Shown: one piece after another, positions 25,891 to 37,599 of the stretch | Numbering within the stretch: position 1 is the first letter of the stretch | How the letters are laid out: every line of letters starts with the position of its first letter | Assembly (NCBI GenBank): GCA_016748015.1 | Contig: JAAOMT010000302.1 | Coordinates: 186,001 to 250,000, forward strand | Direction: 5' to 3' | DNA: 64,000 bases | DNA from: Geosiphon pyriformis uo1 | Lineage: Eukaryota > Fungi > Glomeromycota | The notes under the pieces: generated by a model | What the model was told of the DNA's origin: nothing | Databases searched by the model: none | Seen by the model: only the letters and a program-made list of their open reading frames with translations | Program-made: the position numbers and the translations under genes

Positions 25891-26827
25891 TGTTACAGGT
25901 GATTATTTCTTTTGTGAAATTGAATAACAAACCTGTAACTTGGTGCTCAAAAGCTACTTTCATGGATAATGTGCAGAAGGTATGGTATCTGAAGGTTTTG
26001 GTTGATCTGAAGGTTTTGTTGTGGAGTTCTTTGTATAATGAACAGAGATTCAATAAGGTTGAGAGTGGTTGTATTCTCAAGTGGTTTTCCCAATTTTTTT
26101 CTCAGCGTGATGGCCGGATTTAGTCTGGCAGTCGTGCCCTTCTGGTAAGCTATCTGATAATATATATAAAATTCTACCCTTATTTCTGGGTTTTTTATCA
26201 GGCTATCCTTGACATCAATAACTCAGCGCTTAATCTTTTAATCAATTAGTATACAACAACAAATCAAAATAAAATAAAGAAAGAAAAATAAAAGAAAAAT
26301 AAAGAAAGAAAAATAAAAGAAAAATAAAGAAAGAAAAAAAATAAGCCAAGGCAATTTGCAGATTAGTATCCTGTCAATAGCCATGATCAAAAGCTATTGT
26401 TCTAGCGTGGTTAAGTATCAATTACTATCAACATAAAGGGTTGATAGTGGGGAAGTGGATGGAGATATGAAATAATTATTTATTTAATGAATGCGTTTCT
26501 AGACTAAGGATTCTGTGGTCTTGATTCTGTTTTTTCTGTTTCTAATATTACTGCTATATATACCTAATTGAGATTCCTCAATTCCTTGATTTTTCATGAC
26601 AGAAATCCTAGAATTTCTGGAATCCTGCAATTCCTTTGAGAGGAATTCTGTGATTTTTTTGAGAGGAATCCTGGAATTCTGGAATTCTGTAATTCCTTGT
26701 TGAGAATCCTGAAATTTCTGGAATTCTGCAATTCCTGAGAGGAATCCTGGAATTCCATATTTACTATGCTTACTTCTAATTGGCTAATAATTATGCTAAT
26801 ATATTTCCTATATTTCTATAAGTAACA
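25891..26827. mobile_element. Solo LTR (937 bp) inserted in the 5' part of LINE B ORF1
   Basis: Ends are TGTTAC...GTAACA, flanked by a 4-bp duplication CTGG (25887-25890 and 26828-26831). Removing it restores colinearity with copy A (…CCAG|TTAATACGAAAATATGAAT at ~11794). Internal tandem repeats, no coding domain. Confidence 0.88.
26565..26757 (+). repeat. Degenerate tandem array inside the solo LTR (GAGAGGAATCCTGGAATTCTG/CAATTCC units)
   Basis: Recurrent GGAATTCTG/GGAATCCTG motifs. A second array of AAATAAAGAAAGAAAAATAAAAG units lies at ~26270-26340. Confidence 0.8.
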
Positions 26828-29800
26828 CTGGGATTGCTTAAAAGTACTTTGAAAGACAAATCAGCTTTATCACCCAAGTGTTTAACTTTTCCAAGTGAAA
26901 TCTTTAATTTCTGCCTCAGACTACTATTCACAGAGCTTGTAGCAGCATCTCTGGCTGATTTTTTTGTGAATATAGTGTCGACAGCATCAAATGCCAAAGG
27001 GACAATAAAAGAATTAGTGAGAAATTGTGAAAACCAAGCAAAAATAAAAGATAAGAACAAATATAAAAAAAAACAAAAAACTTCTTCAAAAAATGTGCTA
27101 TTTTAGGAATTTGGGACATAGGGAAGAAAGAAGTTTTTTTATATTTTTTGTTATAAAAATTTTTTAATATTAATAAAAATTTGGCCAATTTTTTTGGTTA
27201 TAAACTAACTTAATTTAAGTAAAATAAACATTTGTTATTTATTATTATTTAAATGGTTTTTAACAACTAAAAATTTTAAATATAATAACCCAAATATTTT
27301 AAAAACATTTAGTTTATTTAAAATTTAATTCAAGGTTTTAATTTATTGTAAATTTTAAGTGTTTTTTAAATTAATATTAATTTTGATAGCATTATGTTTA
27401 CATTCTAAAAACTCAAAGTTAAATTTATAAATAAATTACAATACTTAATTATTTTAAATTCAATGTATTTGAAGTTAATAGTAAAATAATTGTGAAATTA
27501 TAAATCCTAAACAAAAAATGTTTTAATGAATTGTATATTAAAACTATTATTTTGTTGTAAAATTCATTTTTTTTAGAAAAAATAAACTTTTTTTATACAA
27601 TATTTAATTAATATTATTCTGCATTTTAATACTTTTGGTTTTACAAAAATTCTGGTAAGTTTTTTTAAAATAAATGTAAATTTTAGTAAATATAATAATT
27701 GTATAATAATAAAATTTAAATATTTTTTAACAAAAAGAGCAAATTAAATAAATAAATAATTCAATTAATATAATCAGTTTTAGAAAATTAGTTATTAATT
27801 TTTTCAAGATTACAAAATAGGTTAAAAATGTTAAAAAAAATGATATAATTGCTATAATTTTATTTTTAACAATAAACAAATTAGAAAAAAAATTATAATT
27901 TTTTATTCCAAAATTTTTAAATCAAAAAAAGTTGATTGTAAAAATAAAAAAAGTAAATTATTAATACTTAAATAATCAAATTTTCTTCTACAATTTTACT
28001 CATGGATTTATCAAAAAAATAAATAATCAAGTTAATTAATAATCAGATAATAATTGAGTCAATAATTAAGTCAACAACTTATTTTAAAAATAAAATGACT
28101 ATAATATATAATATCAGTAACTAATACTTAATTAAAAAATTAAAAAAAATTACTATTAAAAAAAAACTATTGTTAATATTATTTGTTTTATTTAGAAAAC
28201 CATTTAAAAAACGTATTTCCAATTACTGCAAAGTCTATAACAGGGAAATATTCGATTAAAAAAAACATTTAAAAATTAAATTAAATATTTTGTTTAACAT
28301 GTAGAAATGTTTATTAAACAAATATAATTAAATTAATATGATAAACAAAACAATATGCAATCAAAAATACCAGTATTTTTTTTAAAAATATTTTATAATA
28401 GTTATAACAAATTTTTTAATTAATTATATTATTACTTTTACAATTCTATAAATAGGCCATAATTCTAATTAAGAATAAAATCTAAATACATTGTTTTTTT
28501 ACAAAATAACCAACTAAAATTTTTCGAATAAAGCCAAATTTATTACAAAATGATACGTTATTATTATTTATTCAAAATCAAGCAACTTTAATAATTAAAG
28601 CAAATAAAAATTCAATTTTTTCAGAAACGCATTATTTTTACAATTAATAATGCTTAAAATATATGCTCTCCATATATTAATAAAATAAATATAAAATCAA
28701 ATTTAAAGAGCTAAAACAAAAAAATGTTGTAACAACTATATTAATTTATTTTATTAAAGAATATTTTACAGTACAGCTCAAATGTTTTCCAGCAGTAACC
28801 AAAAAAATAAGCCAAAAAAAGCTTAAAATATCAATTTTAAATATAATTATAAATATTTTAAAGTATGATTATTAATCTTATTACCAAAAGCATTAAACAA
28901 AATTAATTTTATTTAAATTAGTTTTAAATTATTATTAATTAATAAAAAAAGCAATGGTAAAAAAATTTTAGATATTAAATATATTATAAAAAATTAAGCA
29001 TTAATAAAAAATTCAAGATTTAGTTTTATAAATTAATTTATAATTTGAGTTAACATAGTTTTTAACTCTTAAAAATTACGACTATACTTTTTAGAATATA
29101 TTAAAAAACTTATATTAATATTAAATTTCATAAAATATCAAATACAATTTTTATTGTTTTTATTTTCAAAGATTTAAAAAATTTAGAATAGTTTTTTATA
29201 ATTTAACAGTTATTTAATTATTTTATTTTATAAATAAAGTAATTTTTAAAATTATAAATAACAATATTTTTTAAAAAATGTTTATTTTAAATTTAATAAA
29301 AATTATTAAACAATTATTTTTATTGAAATTTTTTGAAATTAACATAAAAAAACTAAATTATATTAAAAAAATGTGGGTTTAAATATTAATGCTAAAATTT
29401 ATGTTTATATTGGTTGAACATGAAAATAAATTTCGAAAATTATAAAAAACAATTTGTACCAAAAAAAAACAAATAAAACACACAACTTTTTAATTTAAAT
29501 TAAAACTGCAATAGTTATTTAAATACTCAAATATATCTAATACTTTTTTTTAAAAGTTGATATCATTACTAATAATTTTAGTTTTAAATAGTTTTATTAA
29601 CATTATTAAACTTAGTTAAATATTTCAAATAAAATGAATTTTTTGTGTATTATAATTATTTTATTTATTACAAACTAATTGTTTTTAAAAAATTTGGTTT
29701 TATATACAAAAATATTAAATAATATTTTAATTTTTGTAATATTATTAAAGAACAAATTAAAATTAATTTAATTAAACTCTTATTTTTTTATTAATTAATA

Positions 29801-30956
29801 TAGCAAAGCCTAATTATTATCTAATACAATATGACAAAATATGTTCTAAATTAGTCATTATTATAATAAAAAAACAAAAATATTATTTTATTAATATTAG
29901 TAACTTATAAAACATTAAAAAACATATTATAAAATTTATACTGTTTAATTTAATAAAAAAATAACAGTATTATCAATTAATTTTTTGGTAAAAACATACT
30001 TAATTTAGTTTATAACTGAAAAAAACTTTAAAATAAATAATAAATTGTTATTATTTATATTATACAAAAAGTTAAATCAAGATTTTTTATAAAACAATAG
30101 AATAAAAAAACCATTTTATATATATTAATATGTAAATAATAAAATATACAAAGAAAAATTATTATATTATTTAATTATTAAATAATCAAAAAAAAACAAT
30201 AAATTTAATAAAAATTATATATTCAATATAAAATTGTTTAAAATAATTTGAAATATTCCAAAAAATTAATATTAAAATATTAAAAATAGATTAACAATAT
30301 TAACATATTTTAAATACATATATAATTTTATAATAATTTTATATTAAATTATATAATTAATTAATAGTAATAATAATTAACAATTTAAATTTTTAAATAA
30401 ATAAAATAAAAAATAAAAATTAATTTATGATTTAAAAAAATAGAATTATAAAAACAGTTTTTTAATATTAGTTTTTTTGTTTTGTATTATGATTTTTATT
30501 TTATTAATTTATTAATATATTGTATAATTTTAGAAAAAATTAAATAAATCAATCAACTTTAAAAATTTATTATACAATTTTATATATTGTTTTAAAAATT
30601 TTATTTAATATTTATTCATGATACTTTATATAATTCATATTATTATTATTATTTTATTTTAATAAATATTGTTTAATTATTATATAATATAATATAAAAT
30701 TGTTAAGATATAACACGTCTGAGAAAATACCAAATCAAAGAAAAAAACTCTTTTTTTTAACTCAGTTTTAAGCTTGAAATTAGACAATTAACTGTTTTTT
30801 CTAATTTTTAAATAACTTTGATATTGTAGTTTTTATGTTACTAAAAATTAATAAAACTTTAAACATAAAACTTTTATATATTTTTATATATAAATTATTA
30901 TGTTAATATATATTATCAAATTATAAAACATTAAAAATATATTTATATTTATACTA

Positions 30957-31717
30957 CAATGTGTACGACCAAAAATTTTTAAGTGGCCAAATTTGAGATG
31001 TCGATCTGCTATCACGGGACACAGCAAATTCGGGTTCCCGGATCACATGTTCACGTGATTCCACAACCGTGACCTGCATGCCTCACTGTAACACGATAAT
31101 AATTAATGTTTGGATTAGGGAGAATCGACTGATCAGGATATGTTTAAAAATATTTAATTTTCTTTTAATTGCGCGTGTAATATATATATAAAGATAGCAG
31201 CGATAGAACTAACAAAAAGGCAATCAGATACTGAATACCACAAAATGAATGAAAGCCATTATTTATGTACAAAAAAAAGAACAATTACATATTAATAATT
31301 ATAATCGTTTCTATTATAATAATCATTTGAATATTGTAATGATCGTAAAAATCGTGGTCAATAAGGACCAAATTTAAATAAAATAAAAAGAACGCGTTAA
31401 AAGATATAGAACTGATGATTAGGGGAAGTTTAATTAATATACTATTCTTAAATTAGCCAATTAGCAACAAATATGATTATATATGTTGATCATGTGTAGG
31501 TGGCCAAATTATTAGTTTAATAGTAAAATTGCTCAACTTTAAATTACTACTGTTTTATTAAAAATTATTTTACAGAAAATTTGAAAACATAACATTGTTT
31601 AATTTGAATAGCTTTATCATTCTATGATTAAATTTGGTGTCTATCTTTTTTTTTGAGCAAGAAGTAGTGATTTGAATTTTATCTAGTTTAGTAGTCGGAA
31701 CTAAGTTGTACACACTA
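30957..31717. mobile_element. Probable non-autonomous TA-flanked DNA transposon (MITE, Tc1/mariner-like), about 760 bp
   Basis: TA|CAATGTGTACGAC ... GTTGTACACACTA|TA is a 13-bp imperfect inverted repeat whose mismatches are all transitions (implied consensus CAGTGTGTACGAC). The interior is much richer in GC and CpG than the flanks. Confidence 0.6.
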
Positions 31718-34700
31718 TAGTTATAAATTATTAGAATAAAAACTATTTACTCAATAAATTTGTTAAGCAGATAATTCATATTATATACAAATTGTAATCT
31801 GAAATTTTTATTATATTAAATACTTAAAATACTTAAATAAACTTTATTATAAAATTATTTTTTAATTATAATAAACAATTTTTTATGTAATATTTTTATT
31901 ATATATGTACACAAATTAATTATAGTATTGTTTATAAATTTAAATTTATATAAAAATATTATATTATATTAAAATAATATAATATTAATTAATATTGTGT
32001 ATCAAAAAAAATTAACAATTTTGATATTAAATATAGCTTTCTATTAAACATATTTAATTAAATTCTGTATAAATTTAATAAAATAATAAGTATTATTAAA
32101 TATTATTCTATTAAAAATTATTAAAATCTATTTTAATATTAACTATAAATAACAATTTTAAAAATATTGTCTTATTTCTTAATATATTAACATATTTTTA
32201 TTTAAAATACTGTAATACTTTTTTATTAAATACAATATTGTTTATATATTAATATTTTATTTAATAAAAATTATAAAAATTATGTATAATTAAATATAAT
32301 TTAGTTTAACAAATATTCAAAAACTACTTAACTACAAAAATTGATAACTATTTTTTTAAGAAATAAAATATATTCAAGTATTAAAACAATAATCTATAAT
32401 TTAATCAATATAAACAACAATAAACTATGAATTTTAATGTCTATATTTAAATTTAAATTTAAAAAATATGTTAAAATACTATTTATAGTATTAAATAAAT
32501 CAATATTTTTTTATGTATGTTTTTTTTTAAATTAAATAAATAATATTAAGGCATTATATTCTATTTAGAGAAAATATTAATCATAAATATTTTTTAATAA
32601 GATTACTTTTAAAATAAAATTATATATATATATAAATTAAACAAAAACCAAATTTTTAAAATTTAAGCATTTTCAATAATAAAAGTTTAATTATATAAAA
32701 CAAATTTTAAAACTATTTAAAAACTAGTTAATAAAAGCAATTTTAATATATTTAAAAAATTATTTTAAAAATACTCAAAATATTATTTAAAATCAAAATA
32801 CATTATATATTTTTTGGTTAAGATAATAATATTACAGTTCAAAAAAATAATTTAAAAAAATAATTTTCAATTTAAAAAAAGTTATAACAGATTTTAAAAC
32901 ATTTATCTTAAAATTTTAAAATTTAATAATTTATATCTAAAGAATTTATCAAAAACTTTCTTAATATTTAAAAAAATTAACATTAATATTACCTATTTTT
33001 AGCTTAAATTTATTCAAAAAACTTTAAACTATATAATAAAAAATAATAAATTGTTTTACTTAAAAATATTTGCTTAGATTTCAGCTTTTTTTTAATAAAA
33101 TAATCTTATATTTTTAAGTATAAAATTGAATTAAATCTTTTAATTAATAATAAATTGTAATATTACTAATACTAAATATAATTTTTTTTAATAAAAGTTT
33201 TAATAGAATTAATTAATAAAAAATATTTAAATAACAATAAATTTCACTAATTTTTTTAATTAAAATAAAAAACCTACTTATATTTAAAACAGTATTCTTG
33301 ATTTTAAGATTGATTAAAATGATTATTATTTTTTTATATTAATAAAAATATTAGAAATCTTAAAAAAATTATTAATAATATTTAAAATATTTTGTATTAT
33401 TGTAATTATTTTTAATTTATTTATAAATATATTTATAGCCAAATAAAAAATTATATTTACTTAATAATTCAAAATTTATTATAACTTTATTAATACAATT
33501 ATTATGTATATAACCAAAATATTTAACAAATTTTTTATATATTTTAATTTTATTTTAATTATTTTTTAAGTATAACTATTTTATAAAATTATATATCTTA
33601 TATATTTTTTAAAATATTTGCCATATTTTTTTAATATATTTTAAATCATAAAACCAATAACAAAAATAAACAATTATGTAAAAATAGTTTTAAAACAAAA
33701 AAGTTGTTATTTTACAAAATATTTAACTTATTATAAGCATTAAAAATACAATTCAACAGAATTTTAAAAAGATTTCTTTGTAATTTTAATTAAATAATAA
33801 GCTAAATATTTATTAAAATATTTTTTATTTAAATAATTTGTAAATTATTAATACTTAACCTTTTTTTTAAGTATTAATAACAATAAAACTTAAACATAAT
33901 AAAACTTAATTTAAAAAAACTATATTATTAGTATAAAATATTTTTTATTTTTTTATTTTTAATTAATATATGTTTTTTTATATTTCGATTTAATTATTAC
34001 TATTTAAATAATTATCTATTAATTTATATATATAAAATAGTATTAATATATATAATACAAACTAAAAATAGTTTATAAACAAAAAATATTTGTAAAAAAT
34101 CAAATTTATACACAATATTTATATAAATTAAAAATAAAATTGGTTATTTTACAAATGTAACAATTAAAAAATAGACAATATTTTTTATAAAACAGTATTT
34201 TAAAATAATCTTAATATTTATTTGTGTATTTTAAATTACAAAATATAAACAGTAGCTTTTTTAATTATTAAAAATAAAAAATAAATACTTTTAATAAATA
34301 TTAAATAACAATAACAATAATAACAACAATAATATATATTAAATATAAAAAAACTCTTTTTTTTGTATTTTTATAACTATAATTGAAGCAAAGAGCAATT
34401 TTTTATTTTTCGAAACAATTAATAGTATTTTTATTAGTAAAGCTTTTATAACTATTAAAACTGTTTAATAATATTTTGTAAAAATACTTTTTTTAAGTAA
34501 ATTAAAAATTATTTTTTTGGTAATTTTAAAGCACTATTTTTATTTTTGAATAAAAATTTTTTTTTCTAAAGTTCTTTCAAAAAAATTTATTTAAGATAAT
34601 CTTAATATAATTTCTATATTGTTTAAAAGTTCCAAAATATTTGATAAAAAGCCAATAATTAAATTACTTTTTTTTTGCTATTTAAATAATTAAAAATTCA

Positions 34701-35599
34701 AGTCAATTAAGAAACAATCTTTGAAGTGTTAAAAAAAAATTTTTAATGTTTTTAGTATTAATTTTAATATTTTAAAACCAGTTTCTTCTTTTATAAACAA
34801 TAAAGCTTTGGTTTTTTTGTTTTTTTGCAGTATTAATACTAATTAAAGTATTTAATTTTATTAGAAATTTAAATAATAATTACCAACTTATATACAAAAC
34901 AGATTATTTTTGTATATATTTTTACTTAATTAATTTATTGAATTATTAATCTTAAAGATTAAATTAATTAAATAAAAACTAAAAATCTTTTTTTTCTCTG
35001 TTTTTATTAATGTTTAAAAAACAATTATTAATTATTTAAGATTTTTAAATAAATAAGTTTTACTTTGGTTTTTAGTGTTTTTTTAATTTATATTAATATT
35101 GTTTTTTAATTTATTAATTTAAAGTTAAATTTTAAAAATAATATTAAATTGTTTTACAATAAATTTGCATTTTAATTTATTTAAATGCTGTTATTATGTT
35201 TAAATTTGCAAATTTATTTATTTTTTTACTCTTAAAATAATTAAATTTTTAATGGTTTTAAATTTATTTCTTTTTTAATTGTTGTTATTTGTAAAATATT
35301 TTTAAAAATAGTTTGAATAATAATATTTAAAATGTTTTTAATGTTTTTAATAAAGTTTCTTAAGTTATATTAAAACCAATTAGTATTTTTTTTTGTTTAA
35401 TAAAAAAAACATAATACTTTTAAACTTAATTAATCAATTTTTTTTTAAATATATAGTTTTTAAAGAAATAATTAAATTTGTTTTATTTTTTATATTGTTA
35501 AATTAAAATAATATATAATTTTTAAGCTAATTTATATGTTAATATTATAATTAAAACGTTTACTTTTTAGTATTATTTATTTTATATATATTAGTTATA

Positions 35600-35945
35600 T
35601 ATATTAGTATTAATATAATTAATTAGTTATTTTATTTTTAAAAATAGTTATTAATATGATTATTAACTTAATTATTAACTTGATTATTAACTTGATTATT
35701 AATTAATTATTAATATAATTATTAACTTATTTATTTATTTATTTTTAAAAATATGTTAATAAAGAACATAGAATTATATTAGTGTATTATTTTTTATTAA
35801 TAATATAAATTATTTCTTTACTTTCAGATTCTCTTGTTATTTTTAGAAAAAATAGCAACTAAAATATTTATAAAACTAATCTTATATATTGAATATTAAT
35901 TCAATTTGCTTAATAAAATGAATTACTTTTTTGATTATTTTATAG
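35600..35945. repeat. Dispersed repeat, homologous to 41430-41865 (direct) and ~27900-28130 (inverted)
   Basis: Shared ~12-bp array (TTATTAACTTGA-like) followed by AATTATATTAGTGT...GAAAAAATA(G/A)CAA(C/T)TAAAATATTTATAAAACT(A/G)AT...TGAATTA(C/T)TTTTT. Confidence 0.65.
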
Positions 35946-37599
35946 TTATATAATTTTGTTCTTCTTTACTATCTGTTAAAATATTATATTTAATTATGAT
36001 ATAAAAATAGTGCTGTTTATAAGATTATTTAATCTTAAAATTATTTATTATTATATAAATATTTTTTTTAATACAAGAAATCTGAGATTATTTTATAATA
36101 CATAATTAAAATCATTTAATCTATATTAAACTTAATTTTTTTCTATTTTGTTTTATTTGTTTTTCAATTAAAAAACAGTCTAGATGATAGTTTTAAAATT
36201 TTTGAAATTGGTTTTTAATTAAATATTTAACCAAAACTTATTCAGCATATACTGTTTATTCTTTTGATTAAATCTATTTTAAAAAAAATTTGAAATCAAA
36301 AATAATTATATTAATTAATTAATATTTTCAGTTATTTTTAATTAATTTTTTTTTAAATTTTAAATTTTAAATCAACAAATTCACAATTGAATAATTGGTT
36401 ATCAACAAATTAAAATCTATTTAAAAACCAAAAACAAAAAAAATTACCAAACAGTTTCTGTTTTTAGTTTTTTTTATTGTTTAAAATAAAACAAATATTT
36501 TATTAGTTTTTTAAAACATTTAAACTGTTTTAAGTTATCAAAACATAAGTTTTTATTTTTGTTTAAATAAGATTCTTAAAATCTAATAAATAGTTTAAAG
36601 ACTTTAAAAAAGCTATTATAACAAATTAGTATAATAATTACAAATTCCAAATAATTGAAAAATATTTTTAAGAATTTTTTATTGTATAATTTACTCAAAA
36701 GACTGCTAAAAAAACTGCTTAACAAATTATTTAATGGTTTTTGAAAATATTAGTCAAAATACAACTTTTTTTTTCATTAATTTAAAAAAAAATTTATATT
36801 ATAATACTAATATTTAAGTAAAAAATAAAATTAGAAAAAAAAGTACAAAATACAGAAAAAGTAGTTATCAAATATGCCAAAGCAATTTGAAAATTAATAA
36901 AATATATAAACTTAAGAAAAAATTAAATAAAAGAACAAAAGATTTATTTTTTTATTAAAGATTTAAAAATAAATTTATTTAAGCTTTATCGGTTTTTTAG
37001 TATCAAAAATAATTTTATTTTGAATACAACTTAAATAAACAATTAATAAATAGATTAAAAACAAATTTTGTCAAAATTTTAAAACTATTAACCAAAACAG
37101 TATCAAAAATCTTTAAGATTTTAATATTAATCTTATTAAAATCAATTTTAACAGTCTTAATATAATTTTAGATTTAAAAATTAAAGTTTTTTATTCTGTT
37201 ATCAATGTAAAAACACTGATTATATAACACAAAATTATAACAATCTTTTAATGCTTTTTTTAAATTTAAGAAACAATAATAATTAAATTTTTAATTTAAA
37301 TACTAATCAGACTTATATAAACTTCTTTAAAAAGAATTCTCTAGTCAAAACAACAAAATATTAGACTTTAAACTAGTAAATATATCTTTTAAAAGTATGA
37401 ATACAAGCCAAAAAAAAATATCTTGTTTAATTTTAATTTAACTAATAATAATATAAAATTATAAGAACAAAATATTAAATTATTAAAAAAACTTAATTCA
37501 AGAAACAAAAAATAAATTTTAACATGAATTTTGATACAACAGTTTTAATATTTAACAACAAAAATATAACATTAAAATTAAAATTATTCAAAAATTTAT

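Larger units (their letters stand above)
19411..27133 (-). mobile_element. Full-length degenerate LINE, copy B (same family as A), interrupted by a solo LTR
   Basis: Colinear with copy A on the minus strand: ORF1 ending TPFFPQ* at 24205, APE at 23450-24190, RT AFVDD at ~21910, RNase H at 20537-20911, CCHC at ~20050. Degenerate TSD candidate at 19395-19410 and 27140-27154. About 86% identical to A in a hand-aligned 222-bp block. Confidence 0.93.

Noticed and set aside
26565-26757. Repeat array as a CRISPR
   Set aside because: Degenerate tandem units without unique spacers, inside a eukaryotic LTR, with no cas genes.
11546-27188. Dozens of 60-250 aa ORFs taken as separate genes
   Set aside because: They are stop-delimited fragments or shadows of the two LINEs and the solo LTR.
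28200-28850. Possible Gypsy gag relic
   Set aside because: Only faint resemblance after assumed back-mutation, too weak to call without an alignment.
31017-31040. GACACAGCAAATTCG resembles the U6 snRNA 3' region
   Set aside because: No ACAGAGA box, internal stem-loop or terminal U tract. A match this short is compatible with chance.
31110-31122. TTAGGG/CCCTAA hexamers (also 48629-48640) as telomere or telomerase template
   Set aside because: Isolated copies with no array. The 31.1-kb copy lacks a 1.5-repeat template.
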